A DNA stretch of 57,959 nucleotides from the IMG/VR virus record IMGVR_UViG_3300045391_001776. The stretch is one strand, 5' to 3'. Numbering within the stretch: position 1 is the first letter of the stretch; every line of letters begins with the position of its first letter. This document shows, one piece after another, positions 25,340-34,106 of the stretch. Position numbers and translations under genes: made by a program. The DNA comes from a virus. Below the pieces are notes generated by a model. The model saw only the letters and a program-made list of their open reading frames with translations. It was not told the DNA's origin and did not search any database.

Positions 25340-26413
25340 TTATGGTGTTATGCGCCCATGTGCCATCGCCTCGTCGATAGCCGCTTCGTTCTCAGCAAAC
25401 TCCTGAGGACTCATGGCGGCTATCTGCTTCCGCGAAAAACTAGGGCGCGGATTGGTTGGCGGTTTCAGACCTTTTCGCGGCGTAGGAGTAGCGAGTCGAC
25501 GAGCCATTTCGAGCTTCGTCTCTTTGGGGGCTGCATTCGGCTCCGGATCCGTTTCCGCATCGCCATCTGTTGGCGGAGTAGGCTCGGATGTCTGAAGCGG
25601 AATGCCGACGTCTTTCTTGTACTTGGTAAGTACATCGATGACGTCGATTGCCGTTCCTTTCTCGATCGCGTACTGATACATCGACGACTGTCGTGACAAC
25701 CAGCCTTGAAAGTCAGCGGAGGCCGCAATATCGGAAGCATCCGAATGCGCTTCGTTAATCGCTGCAAAATGGGCGTCTTCTATAGCCTTCTGCTTTTCCG
25801 CCGCCGTCAACTCTGCGTTCGCGGTTACGGTGCTGGATACCTCTTGCACCTTCGCCGTGAGCGAAGCATTTGCTGCGGCAAGATCAGCTTTCAGGCTCTT
25901 CAGCTGCTTGAAGACCGGAGCCAGCGCCGGATACTCAGCTTCGAGCCCGGCAATATCGGCATCATCCACCTGGTCCGCGGCTGGCGCGGGAGGCGTGGCC
26001 TTCATTTTTTCCATTTCTGCAGTGAGTGACTTCACGCGCTCCGCTAACGCTTCACTTGCGCGGCGGGCATCCGCTGCTTGCTGAGTCGCTTTCGTCATAA
26101 GGGCTTGGAAGCCCTTGATCCGCGTTTCCGCGTTCGCCCGAATGTTGGCAAGCCGCTGTTCGATTTGCTCGAGCGTCAACCCGGCAAAGTCCGAAGCCTT
26201 CGGCTCCGGTTCTGCGGCTGGCTCTGCTTCGCTAGCCGGTGGGTCCGTGACGGGCGCCGGCGGATCCTCACCTGTCGGTGTGGGGGCCAGTTCCTCTTCC
26301 ACTTCTGCCGCCGCTGCCTGTTCCGGGGCTGCCGGGGGCTGCTGCGATGCCTTGATAAAATCGTCTGCTTCTTGCTCCAACTTTTCGGGACTGACGTAGC
26401 CTTTACTCATCAA
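25340..26413 (-). CDS. Scaffolding protein
   Basis: Ala/Glu/Pro-rich with long coiled-coil segments. Lies between the portal and coat genes; no protease gene is present. Confidence 0.65.
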   Translation of the reverse strand: MMSKGYVSPEKLEQEADDFIKASQQPPAAPEQAAAAEVEEELAPTPTGEDPPAPVTDPPASEAEPAAEPEPKASDFAGLTLEQIEQRLANIRANAETRIKGFQALMTKATQQAADARRASEALAERVKSLTAEMEKMKATPPAPAADQVDDADIAGLEAEYPALAPVFKQLKSLKADLAAANASLTAKVQEVSSTVTANAELTAAEKQKAIEDAHFAAINEAHSDASDIAASADFQGWLSRQSSMYQYAIEKGTAIDVIDVLTKYKKDVGIPLQTSEPTPPTDGDAETDPEPNAAPKETKLEMARRLATPTPRKGLKPPTNPRPSFSRKQIAAMSPQEFAENEAAIDEAMAHGRITP

Positions 26414-26473
26414 TGCACCTCATGGTTGCGGGTCCGCACGAAGTCGGAGTGTCCGCGTTCTCGTCCGGGGGTC

Positions 26474-26755
26474 TTAAGACCGGGTCCGGGCCTGCACTAA
26501 AACTTTCTCTGCGTCTTCACGCAGGTTCATAAACTTTTCGATTCGAGCGAAGTCGCCTTGCAGACGGCAAATCTCGTCAGGCTGACGACTGGGCGACAAT
26601 GCGGCCAGATCCCTCAGCAGGGATTGCTGAAGGCGAAGTAGGAATTTCTCCACCACCGCCCACTCCGGCACCGACGTTAGGTGGTACACCACCTGCGCCT
26701 CCTCCGGTGTTAGGTGCCGTGGGTGTTGGTGCGGCGTCTGAGACTCCACGCTCAT
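26474..26755 (-). CDS. Possible 93-aa ORF overlapping the portal 3' end out of frame
   Basis: ATG 26755 is preceded by GAGG 9 nt upstream. The product is amphipathic-helix-like, while the overlapping portal tail is Gly/Pro/Ala low complexity. It extends 103 nt into the portal-scaffold gap. Confidence 0.3.
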   Translation of the reverse strand: MSVESQTPHQHPRHLTPEEAQVVYHLTSVPEWAVVEKFLLRLQQSLLRDLAALSPSRQPDEICRLQGDFARIEKFMNLREDAEKVLVQARTRS

Positions 26756-28559
26756 CTGGTGCTACCTCATCTGGGTTAAGGTCGAGAGAACGTGCGATCT
26801 CTCGTAACAGGTTGGCGCGCTTATCCGGTCCGATGAGTTGCGCATCCACCGGATTCGCCGTGATCTGCGCATACTGCATCTGGCGCTGCGAGCGCATTTC
26901 CTTCGCCATCAGCGCGGTAGAACCACGCGCCTCAATGTACATGTCGCCTTTGATGCGATCGTTATCCGACCACTGCATGTTCCAGTCGTACATGCCGCCA
27001 ATGAACGGCTCCGTCAGGTCCATGTCGATGTTCTTAATGACGGTCTTGATCGTGACGTTCGCCGCGCCCATCAGCATCGACATTCCGCTGGCAGTCTTGT
27101 TGAGACCCGGAAGGGTCTCGCCGTGCGTATACGACGGGAGGCTCGTCTCCTCGTCCACGAACCGACGAAACATCTCGGTGATGCTCTGCAGGTTCCCGGT
27201 GATGTTCTGCGGCTGATAGAAGCGCAGCATCGGTGTCGAGTCGTCGCCACCTTCGCGAAGCCACTTCTTCCACGGAATGAGGTCCGTGTTCTGACCAGGG
27301 GCCAACAAGTTCGTGTTGATCTCAACCTGCGGACCGCTCGAAATGCCCATGTTGTTGAGCGTCGCCCGCACCGAACCGTTGATAACGGCCTGCGAGTCGC
27401 GCATCTGCTTAGCGACACCGGTTCCCCAGAAGCGATGCGGCGCCTTTTCGTAGCAGGCGATCTGATACGGGATTCGCTGCGGCGTAAGCGGATTCAACTC
27501 GACCTTGATCGTGCGGGACGCCGAGAACCAAACGTTTGCCTGGTACTCGGCGGTATATTCATCCGGATTGATGTCAAACCCAGCGCTGGCCAACTGCTGG
27601 CCAGTGACCTGGCCCCAATACTCAAGAACGTCGTAACGATTGTTCGTAGTTGAAACACTTAACCCAGCGATCCTGCGGCGCTCCGTGTCGTGCTGCAGGT
27701 CCGTATGATTTCCGTTTGGCTGCGTCCGGATGATGTCTTCGATAGCTTCCTTGCTGAATCCTGGCGACGAACCAAGGTCGCGAAAGTTCGCTGTCGTTAG
27801 TACGTGACGTTCGTACATCCCCGTAAGATCTTTCAGCGACGTCGCATACGGATCAGGAGTCAGGTCGAATACGCTCGGCGCTGACACTCCCGGAGCGGGC
27901 TTTTCGACAACCGTGGTTTCCCAACCGGTCTCGGTCATCTCCCACTTGTTTTCGGTTCGAACAGTTACCGTCGGACCTTTGATCGCTCCGCTGCCGAGTA
28001 GGCAAATCTCCATGATCGCGGTCTTGAACTTGTGCTCGTATTCCGCCTCGCACAGTTGGTCCTCGATCTCCTGCCCCATTTCCTCGGCGGCAAGCTCGCA
28101 AAACTTCTTGACCGCTGTGTCCATAAACTTCCGGTTGTGCACCGGAGCATTCGGATCGAGCTCAAGGAGCTTTTCCTTGATCTTGGCGACCTTCGCCGGC
28201 GAGACTTGCGGTACCGGAGATGACTTGATCCCCCAGTTCCGATCCGTACCAAACAGCAGGTCTACTACGCGCGCAAACGCGGCCATTACCTTCGTCCGCG
28301 TGAGGTGGACGAACACTTGAGACTGCCCAGGCTCAAAGCTTGCCGCTACCGACGGTTCGTACTGCCCTTCAAACGCGCGAAGGTCTCTGAGCCAGTCCTC
28401 CACGATCTCGCGCTTGGCCATCTCCCATTCGTCGTACTTTGTGCGTAGAACCTGCCCAAGGGCGTCGGCAATCTGCGCGTTCGGCGCCGCCGTTGTCTCT
28501 TGGCCAGGCGCCGACGCACCCGGCGCATTGGCGCCGAGTTCGACTTGGACGAGGCTCAT
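26577..28559 (-). CDS. Portal protein
   Basis: 660 aa, immediately downstream of terL (start overlaps the terL stop) and upstream of the scaffold and coat genes. Confidence 0.8.
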   Translation of the reverse strand: MSLVQVELGANAPGASAPGQETTAAPNAQIADALGQVLRTKYDEWEMAKREIVEDWLRDLRAFEGQYEPSVAASFEPGQSQVFVHLTRTKVMAAFARVVDLLFGTDRNWGIKSSPVPQVSPAKVAKIKEKLLELDPNAPVHNRKFMDTAVKKFCELAAEEMGQEIEDQLCEAEYEHKFKTAIMEICLLGSGAIKGPTVTVRTENKWEMTETGWETTVVEKPAPGVSAPSVFDLTPDPYATSLKDLTGMYERHVLTTANFRDLGSSPGFSKEAIEDIIRTQPNGNHTDLQHDTERRRIAGLSVSTTNNRYDVLEYWGQVTGQQLASAGFDINPDEYTAEYQANVWFSASRTIKVELNPLTPQRIPYQIACYEKAPHRFWGTGVAKQMRDSQAVINGSVRATLNNMGISSGPQVEINTNLLAPGQNTDLIPWKKWLREGGDDSTPMLRFYQPQNITGNLQSITEMFRRFVDEETSLPSYTHGETLPGLNKTASGMSMLMGAANVTIKTVIKNIDMDLTEPFIGGMYDWNMQWSDNDRIKGDMYIEARGSTALMAKEMRSQRQMQYAQITANPVDAQLIGPDKRANLLREIARSLDLNPDEVAPDERGVSDAAPTPTAPNTGGGAGGVPPNVGAGVGGGGEIPTSPSAIPAEGSGRIVAQSSA

Positions 28560-30190
28560 CAGTAACCGACCTTCGGATCAGCAGGACGATGACCACCACC
28601 AACGGTGATACCGCTGCTTCCAGCGCGCGGCGCGCACAGCACCATTTCGCGCGTAATCGCGAGCGACATCACGCGATCGTCGAAGCAACCGGGCTTCGCG
28701 GTGTATTTGCCGTTGTCGTCGATTATGTACGTCATCATTTCCTGAACGGTCTCTTTGCAGGCGATGCCATGCGTGCCGTCACGCAGTGCCGCGGCCAGTT
28801 GGTCGATGATGTGGAGCTTGCTGTACTCGGTCGTGTGCCAACCGAGCTTCTTCGTCTGCTTCTCGCCGCGGTGAGTCAGGTCTTCCTGGACGTACAACCG
28901 CGGGTACTTGCTCTTCTTCAGAGCCGTCAGCGTCGTGAGGCCGTGGTTATTCGCCTCAACACCGACGAAGGCCATGTTGTAATACCGGCCGATCGAGGCA
29001 ATCACATACCCGAACTGGTCCGGATCGACGTGCCCGCGCCAGTGCGCGACCTGCTTTCCCGTTACGACATCCATCACGTCCAGACTTGAGAAGTCGCCGT
29101 GAGCCAACCCCTCGGCAACGTCAGCACCGAGCGCGTAGCGCGATCCGGCGCGCGGTGGCGTGAAGAGAAGTAGCCGCCCATCCGACCTGTCCTCGATCGT
29201 GCCGGTGTAGATATTCACCTCGGCGCGACGCTTCGGTGAGTAGCACTCGTCCAACGCTGCAACGAGCCATGCCGACGAGAACACCAGCCGACCGGAGAAG
29301 ATGAACGCCTCTTCCGGTTCGCAGGGATACTCCTGCTTGAAAAGGTCTTCCGGGTTGCCGCCTTGGGACGGCTTGAGCTCCGATATCTTCTTTCGGCGCC
29401 ATACGAGCTGTGAGTCTTCCAGCTTGAACCGACGAGCTAACTTCTCCTCTTCCGACGTGCGGCGAAAACCAGTCTTTACCTGCTCTCGGTACTCATCCTG
29501 CCAGTACCACGGCAAAAATATGGCTTTATACTCGCTGTGACCACTCTCGGCCTCCTTCCAATCGTCATGAAAGGTTCCGCCAACACCGCGAGCCGTGGAC
29601 TCAAGAATTGATTCTGTACCTGGCATATCAGCCAATGACTGCAGTACTCCAGCCTTGTGCTCAGCCGCATGCGGCCAGAATGCCACCTCCGATCCGTGGA
29701 AAAACTGAATGGTCTTCGAACGGCCAGTGGCTCGGTTGCCTGCGGTACCAACGTTGATGCCTGAATCAAGCCTGGGAATTATCAGCTCCTTCGCATTCGA
29801 AGCGCCTACGCCTATCTTGATCGGAGAGTTCTTAACAAATCGATCACTGATATCGAACAAATTTTTCGTGGCATCTTCTTCATGCGTCAGGATGAATGCT
29901 CTGACGCCCTTGAACTGAACGATTCTCCAGAAAAACCGTCCCTGAACATACGTCGATATGCCTTGTTGGCGACCCTTTAGGATAATGGCCCGAACCTTTC
30001 CAATCAGTTTGAGCTGACTTTCGAGCAACTCGTGAACGTACTTCTGCGCCTTGTTTAGAGCGAAAGGAACTATGCGACCAGAGCTACCTGGCTGGTCGTT
30101 TTTACCTTTTTCTCGAATCCTTAGAATTCGCTGCGCAAAATACTCAAAGTCAGTTTTTAATCTCTCGCGCTCGACGTTAGGATTGCGCAC
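28559..30190 (-). CDS. terL: Terminase large subunit
   Basis: 543 aa. ILKGRQQGISTY (P-loop-like ATPase motif of phage TerL). Follows terS. Confidence 0.85.
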   Translation of the reverse strand: MRNPNVERERLKTDFEYFAQRILRIREKGKNDQPGSSGRIVPFALNKAQKYVHELLESQLKLIGKVRAIILKGRQQGISTYVQGRFFWRIVQFKGVRAFILTHEEDATKNLFDISDRFVKNSPIKIGVGASNAKELIIPRLDSGINVGTAGNRATGRSKTIQFFHGSEVAFWPHAAEHKAGVLQSLADMPGTESILESTARGVGGTFHDDWKEAESGHSEYKAIFLPWYWQDEYREQVKTGFRRTSEEEKLARRFKLEDSQLVWRRKKISELKPSQGGNPEDLFKQEYPCEPEEAFIFSGRLVFSSAWLVAALDECYSPKRRAEVNIYTGTIEDRSDGRLLLFTPPRAGSRYALGADVAEGLAHGDFSSLDVMDVVTGKQVAHWRGHVDPDQFGYVIASIGRYYNMAFVGVEANNHGLTTLTALKKSKYPRLYVQEDLTHRGEKQTKKLGWHTTEYSKLHIIDQLAAALRDGTHGIACKETVQEMMTYIIDDNGKYTAKPGCFDDRVMSLAITREMVLCAPRAGSSGITVGGGHRPADPKVGY

Positions 30191-30193
30191 AGG

Positions 30194-30619
30194 TCACGGA
30201 CGCGAAAGGAACTCTTCCAGCGTTCCAGACACATCGTGCTCAACTTTATCGGTGAACAACTTCAAATGCTTACCGAGCAATTCGCACCCTTTCAGTACGC
30301 CACTCGCGTTGAACGTGTACTCACCAGTCGGCATGCCTTCGTTATCCAACACAGGTTCTGCCTGCTGGCACCGTTCAACAGTCGTCTGAATCGTCTTCAG
30401 CACGTAGTCGGCGGTGATTTCGACGCGCTTCGAACGCGCGTTCATCGCCTCCTGGATCGCGGCTGCGACTTCAGGGATTCTCAGGGTCTCGTCGGCGATT
30501 GAGTACGCAGATTTCTTGCTGTAACCAGCTCGAATTGCAGCCTGCGTTGCGTTCAGATCGACGAGATATTCCTTCACGAACAGCTTCTGCTTGTTCGTTA
30601 ACTTCTTTCGCTTTGCCAT
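30194..30619 (-). CDS. terS: Terminase small subunit
   Basis: Start moved to ATG 30619 (SD GGAGGGG). MAKRKKLTNKQKLFVKEYLVDLNATQAAIRAGYS is the classic Terminase_2/P27-type TerS N-terminus. The longer ORF reads through a terminator hairpin. Confidence 0.85.
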   Translation of the reverse strand: MAKRKKLTNKQKLFVKEYLVDLNATQAAIRAGYSKKSAYSIADETLRIPEVAAAIQEAMNARSKRVEITADYVLKTIQTTVERCQQAEPVLDNEGMPTGEYTFNASGVLKGCELLGKHLKLFTDKVEHDVSGTLEEFLSRP

Positions 30620-30660
30620 AACCCCTCCGCAGAGTTGGCTTTCGCCAGTGCGGTACGCAC

Positions 30661-30685
30661 AAAAAAACCCGCCGGCGGCGGGTTT
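30661..30685 (-). terminator. Strong intrinsic terminator about 40 nt upstream of terS
   Basis: Minus strand: AAACCCGCC-GCC-GGCGGGUUU followed by UUUUUUU. Confidence 0.8.
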
Positions 30686-30721
30686 GGTACTCACTTCGTA
30701 TTACAAACGCGTCGGAACGTA

Positions 30722-31192
30722 TTACGCTCCGACTTCGATATCCGTGTCCTTCCAGCGGAACTCACCAACCGCCCGGTGCATCCGGCATCCAACGCAGTAC
30801 GTCGAGCCGTAGAACTTCGGATCACGGGCGTACGTCTCGGCGATCGCGAGACCCATTGTCGTTACCCCTCCGCAGCCTTTGCCGACCTCGTCCAATTGTT
30901 TTTGGGTCCAGGACCTTCCTACGATTGGATATTCGCTCTCCGGATACGCCTCGTACTTCACGTATTCCTGATTGGAGTGCTGGCTCTTTTCCTCTGGAGT
31001 CAGATCACGCAGCGGATACTTCGGACCGCGCGGACCGACGTGGACGTACGTGTCACGAAGCGGCCGGACGAAGCCCTTGTCACGCTCCTCCTGCGATAAA
31101 ACGAGGTACGCCTCGTTCTGCGGTACAGGCGCGTTGTCGACGCCGCGGCTGAGACGCGGATCGCTCGGGTCGGTCACGAGGCTCATGGTCAA
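30722..31192 (-). CDS. Hypothetical protein (156 aa)
   Basis: ATGA-coupled to the upstream gene. Cys-containing C-terminus (GCGG...CVGC). No function recognised. Confidence 0.5.
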   Translation of the reverse strand: MTMSLVTDPSDPRLSRGVDNAPVPQNEAYLVLSQEERDKGFVRPLRDTYVHVGPRGPKYPLRDLTPEEKSQHSNQEYVKYEAYPESEYPIVGRSWTQKQLDEVGKGCGGVTTMGLAIAETYARDPKFYGSTYCVGCRMHRAVGEFRWKDTDIEVGA

Positions 31193-31596
31193 TGCACCAG
31201 TGTTAGATTCGGTTTAATCGCAGCCTTCACCGCTTTTTCAACGGTGTCGGCGTCGTTCGCCGCTTCAGGCTGGACGTTAATTACCAGCGGATCCCGATTG
31301 CCTCGGTGCTCGTCGATGCGCTTCTGGATGTCGCGCATCATGTCCGCCATGTACTCACGATCGAGCATGGTGAAGTCGAACCCTACCGAAACCTCAATGT
31401 TGTCCCACGTCACGAAGTGGTACACCGCAACGCCAGGGCGCTCGAAGTCGAAGAAGATGTCGATATCCCCGATACGGCGAATGTTGTCGGCGTACTCCTT
31501 TGGCGGCAGCTTATTCGGCGCGGAGAAGCGCGCGAACTCCTTGGCAACGTACCGCACCGCGGATTCGATGCTGGCAATGACCTGGACGTTCTCCAT
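31189..31596 (-). CDS. Hypothetical protein (135 aa)
   Basis: Consistent coding frame and coupling. Confidence 0.5.
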   Translation of the reverse strand: MENVQVIASIESAVRYVAKEFARFSAPNKLPPKEYADNIRRIGDIDIFFDFERPGVAVYHFVTWDNIEVSVGFDFTMLDREYMADMMRDIQKRIDEHRGNRDPLVINVQPEAANDADTVEKAVKAAIKPNLTLVH

Positions 31597-31602
31597 GTGG
31601 GG

Positions 31603-31950
31603 CTACTTGTAGTCCTTGCAGTGGCAGCCGCTCGGATCGAACGGGTCCAGGAGGTTCGCGCACAGCCACTCAGCCAAGCGCCCGCGCCAGGTCGTCTTGC
31701 CCGGGGCGAACACGTACCGGTTCAGCCGGTGCGTAAACAGCCATTCCCGCGGCGCGTCGACGAACAGAACGGAGCCGAACGTCACGTTGAAAATCACGTC
31801 GATCACCAGCGCGACCACGATGAGCGGGTACGCGAACGCCTTCGCTGGAGTAGTCAGCGCGTCGCGGCGCGACACGAGGTGCATGACGCTCAAATACAGC
31901 GCCCACGTCACGTAGAACAGCATGAAAATGCCGCCAATGGTGAGTAGCAC
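31603..31950 (-). CDS. Hypothetical membrane protein (115 aa)
   Basis: Two or three hydrophobic helices (LLTIGGIFMLFYVTWALYLSV; YPLIVVALVIDVIFNVTFGSVLF). Confidence 0.5.
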   Translation of the reverse strand: MLLTIGGIFMLFYVTWALYLSVMHLVSRRDALTTPAKAFAYPLIVVALVIDVIFNVTFGSVLFVDAPREWLFTHRLNRYVFAPGKTTWRGRLAEWLCANLLDPFDPSGCHCKDYK

Positions 31951-31961
31951 GGTTTACCTCC

Positions 31962-32000
31962 GGAAACGAAAAAGGCCCGCGGCGGATGCCTGCGGGCCTT
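31962..32000 (-). terminator. Intrinsic terminator within the leftward operon
   Basis: Minus strand: AAGGCCCGC-(11-nt loop)-GCGGGCCUU followed by UUUCGUUU. Lies between the 32072 gene and the 31950 gene. Confidence 0.7.
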
Positions 32001-32071
32001 CAAGTGGACAGTACGACCAATCTAGTGAAGAAGTATATGAAACCGGAACCAGAACGCAAGGATTTTGAAAG

Positions 32072-32275
32072 TTATTTTCGTCTCGCCAGCGCGCTAGGCC
32101 ATGCTTCTACTTCGGAGCCGTTCTCGTATCGAATCTTCACCGAGTCCTGATAACTGCTTCCGTCCGGTCGCTTCACGTAATGCACGCTAACGACAACCGC
32201 GGGATCGCCCTTCGATGCGCCCATGATTGTTGTTACCCGATCGCCTTCCTTGAATTCATCCATGCCGGACATCAT
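32072..32275 (-). CDS. Hypothetical small protein (67 aa), SH3/KOW-like pattern
   Basis: The ORF is followed by a terminator. Confidence 0.45.
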   Translation of the reverse strand: MMSGMDEFKEGDRVTTIMGASKGDPAVVVSVHYVKRPDGSSYQDSVKIRYENGSEVEAWPSALARRK

Positions 32276-32293
32276 ACCGGTCCAGACGTGTGT

Positions 32294-32470
32294 CTACACC
32301 TTGTCGCGATTTACCGGTGTAATTTCTATGTTTTCGCAGCAATCACAGACCATGACCAAAAGCGTTACGCGCTCTACGACCACCCCTTTGTTGGTCGATA
32401 GAACTTCGTACCGCTCCTGCGACACAACTCTGTATCGGTGCTTGCAGAGTAATTGCTTAATGAACTTCAT
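32294..32470 (-). CDS. Possible small Cys-rich protein (58 aa), below the ORF-track cutoff
   Basis: Hand translation: MKFIKQLLCKHRYRVVSQERYEVLSTNKGVVVERVTLLVMVCDCCENIEITPVNRDKV, with stop TAG at 32294-96. Confidence 0.35.
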   Translation of the reverse strand: MKFIKQLLCKHRYRVVSQERYEVLSTNKGVVVERVTLLVMVCDCCENIEITPVNRDKV

Positions 32471-32584
32471 TTTCTATTGATCCGCCTCGACAACTTCGCC
32501 ATCTTGTTCCTCTTCCGCTGACGCCTACGGTGCGCCACGAACCACGGCTGCTGTACGCTCAATCCTCCTACCCAACAGCATTTG

Positions 32585-32989
32585 TTATTCCGCTTTCGCG
32601 ACATTGCTCGGTTCTCCTACGCCGTCAACGCGGCGACCTGTGTTGATCTGGACTTGAACGGCCCTGTCATCCCAAAGCTCGACCATCCCGTAGTCCTTCA
32701 CGCAGGTAACTGGTAGCTTCCTGCCGAAGTGCCTTTCGCACCATTCCTCGATGTACTTTCGAGCTTCGCTCTTGGTTATCGGTTCGGGAATTCCTACAGG
32801 CCCGATCCAATACGCTTCGCCTGCCACCCGTGCTGTAAATATCCGCACGTCGACACCTTCCGATATCCATCGACGAACACGCTCGGCCATTGCCGGGATG
32901 GGAGCACCGATATGATTTTCTCCACGCCACAAGTCGTAGTGCGCGAGCGTCCCATCGAGATCCACGCCAATCCAGCCTTTCTTGCTCAT
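32585..32989 (-). CDS. HAD-superfamily phosphatase (nucleotidase-like)
   Basis: Start ATG 32989 (ATGA coupling). DLDGTL motif I, IFTAR motif II, WDDR motif-IV-like. Confidence 0.65.
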   Translation of the reverse strand: MSKKGWIGVDLDGTLAHYDLWRGENHIGAPIPAMAERVRRWISEGVDVRIFTARVAGEAYWIGPVGIPEPITKSEARKYIEEWCERHFGRKLPVTCVKDYGMVELWDDRAVQVQINTGRRVDGVGEPSNVAKAE

Positions 32990-33321
32990 CTCTCTTCCCC
33001 GTCTTTCGTTTTGCTCAACCCCCACATCTCATCGATCGCATGGTGTAGATCGACTATCACTTTTAGCTTTAAGTCACGAGCGACACGCCACGGTTGCCAC
33101 CAGTAATTTATGAATCCGCGAATCCACGACCACGTGTAGAAAAAGCTGATCCCGAATATCCCCCACTGCTGGGCCTTCCATGCGGAGTAAAACCAGAACG
33201 GCTGGCTGAGCAGCCCGAAGATGCAGGACCACCTTCGCCAATTCAGCCGTGTGTCCTGGCTGAGCCAAATCGCGACGACGCCAGTACAAGCAATACCGAT
33301 TTGATCGAACGTGAGATTCAT
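32986..33321 (-). CDS. Trp-rich 3-TM membrane protein (111 aa)
   Basis: Start ATG 33321 (ATGA coupling). Three hydrophobic helices with many W/F. A half-PnuC/SemiSWEET-like appearance is only a guess. Confidence 0.5.
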   Translation of the reverse strand: MNLTFDQIGIACTGVVAIWLSQDTRLNWRRWSCIFGLLSQPFWFYSAWKAQQWGIFGISFFYTWSWIRGFINYWWQPWRVARDLKLKVIVDLHHAIDEMWGLSKTKDGEER

Positions 33322-33764
33322 TCGAGTTCCCACCAATCGACCTTACGCATGCGTTGTGTGCGCCCGTGCTCCATGAGTAAGTGCGTTCCGTAGTCGTGGC
33401 ATACGATCCGGTTCTTGATCATTCCGTAGTTTGTGCGCTTAAAGTCGGCCAGGAATGCCGGCATCCGCTTTGGGTACTGCTTTGGCGTAGGCGGAATAGT
33501 CCGCTTCATGATCAACACCATCCCGCATGGGCTGATGTGGAGGCACGGCGCGAGCCACTTCGCTTCGTCGAACTCCTTGATGTACTGCCACGTTTCCCAC
33601 TCGACGATATTCTGGAAACGCCCGCCGTTGTCCTCGACCTTGATTACCCAATCGGGATTGGTATCGCACTCGTACACGGTGCGCGAGATACCATTACCCA
33701 TGCGCTTTCCGCAGAACATACGGAAAACGTCGTTGAGTACTGCTTTGCTGTATTCGTCGCTCAT
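33318..33764 (-). CDS. Minimal protein-kinase-like protein (148 aa; YrbL/RIO-size)
   Basis: Start ATG 33764 (ATGA coupling). GNGISRTVY (Gly loop), VIKV (Lys), EWETW (alphaC Glu), LADFKRTNYG (DxKxxN catalytic loop), CHDYG (DFG-like). Confidence 0.55.
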   Translation of the reverse strand: MSDEYSKAVLNDVFRMFCGKRMGNGISRTVYECDTNPDWVIKVEDNGGRFQNIVEWETWQYIKEFDEAKWLAPCLHISPCGMVLIMKRTIPPTPKQYPKRMPAFLADFKRTNYGMIKNRIVCHDYGTHLLMEHGRTQRMRKVDWWELE

Positions 33765-33922
33765 TCCTCTTTCCTCGGTTTCATCGCCCACTCCCTGGCT
33801 TCCAGGCAAAGCACGATCGCCAGAATCCATGCCCAATACTTGAAGGCGTTCGTTTCGGCGAACGCTCCCCTGATGAGAATCGCGAACAGGTAGACAATCG
33901 CGTACTTCGCGACGAACTTCAT
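33761..33922 (-). CDS. Small membrane protein (53 aa)
   Basis: Start ATG 33922 (ATGA coupling). Two hydrophobic helices. Confidence 0.45.
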   Translation of the reverse strand: MKFVAKYAIVYLFAILIRGAFAETNAFKYWAWILAIVLCLEAREWAMKPRKEE

Positions 33923-34104
33923 CGCGGCGAACTCGCGTAGAGCATGATTGCCTGCGGCGAGTCGGCGCGCGGGCACTGCTTCACGCGCTTGAACCGACAC
34001 TCACCACACCCGCACCGGAATGTCTCTTCCCATACACGAGCCGGTGGGATTGAGTACGGCATCGGCGCTAACACCGGTTTCCGTTTTGTTTGGCTCTTCT
34101 TCAT
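33919..34104 (-). CDS. Small basic Cys-rich protein (61 aa)
   Basis: CGCGEC...C cluster. Abuts the upstream gene. Confidence 0.45.
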   Translation of the reverse strand: MKKSQTKRKPVLAPMPYSIPPARVWEETFRCGCGECRFKRVKQCPRADSPQAIMLYASSPR

Positions 34105-34106
34105 TT

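Noticed and set aside
30620-30694. N-terminal extension of the terS ORF (MSTKPAAGGFFCAYRTGESQLCGGV)
   Set aside because: The extension is the translation of the intrinsic terminator hairpin and T-run. A strong SD (GGAGGGG) precedes the internal ATG at 30619, which gives the canonical TerS N-terminus.
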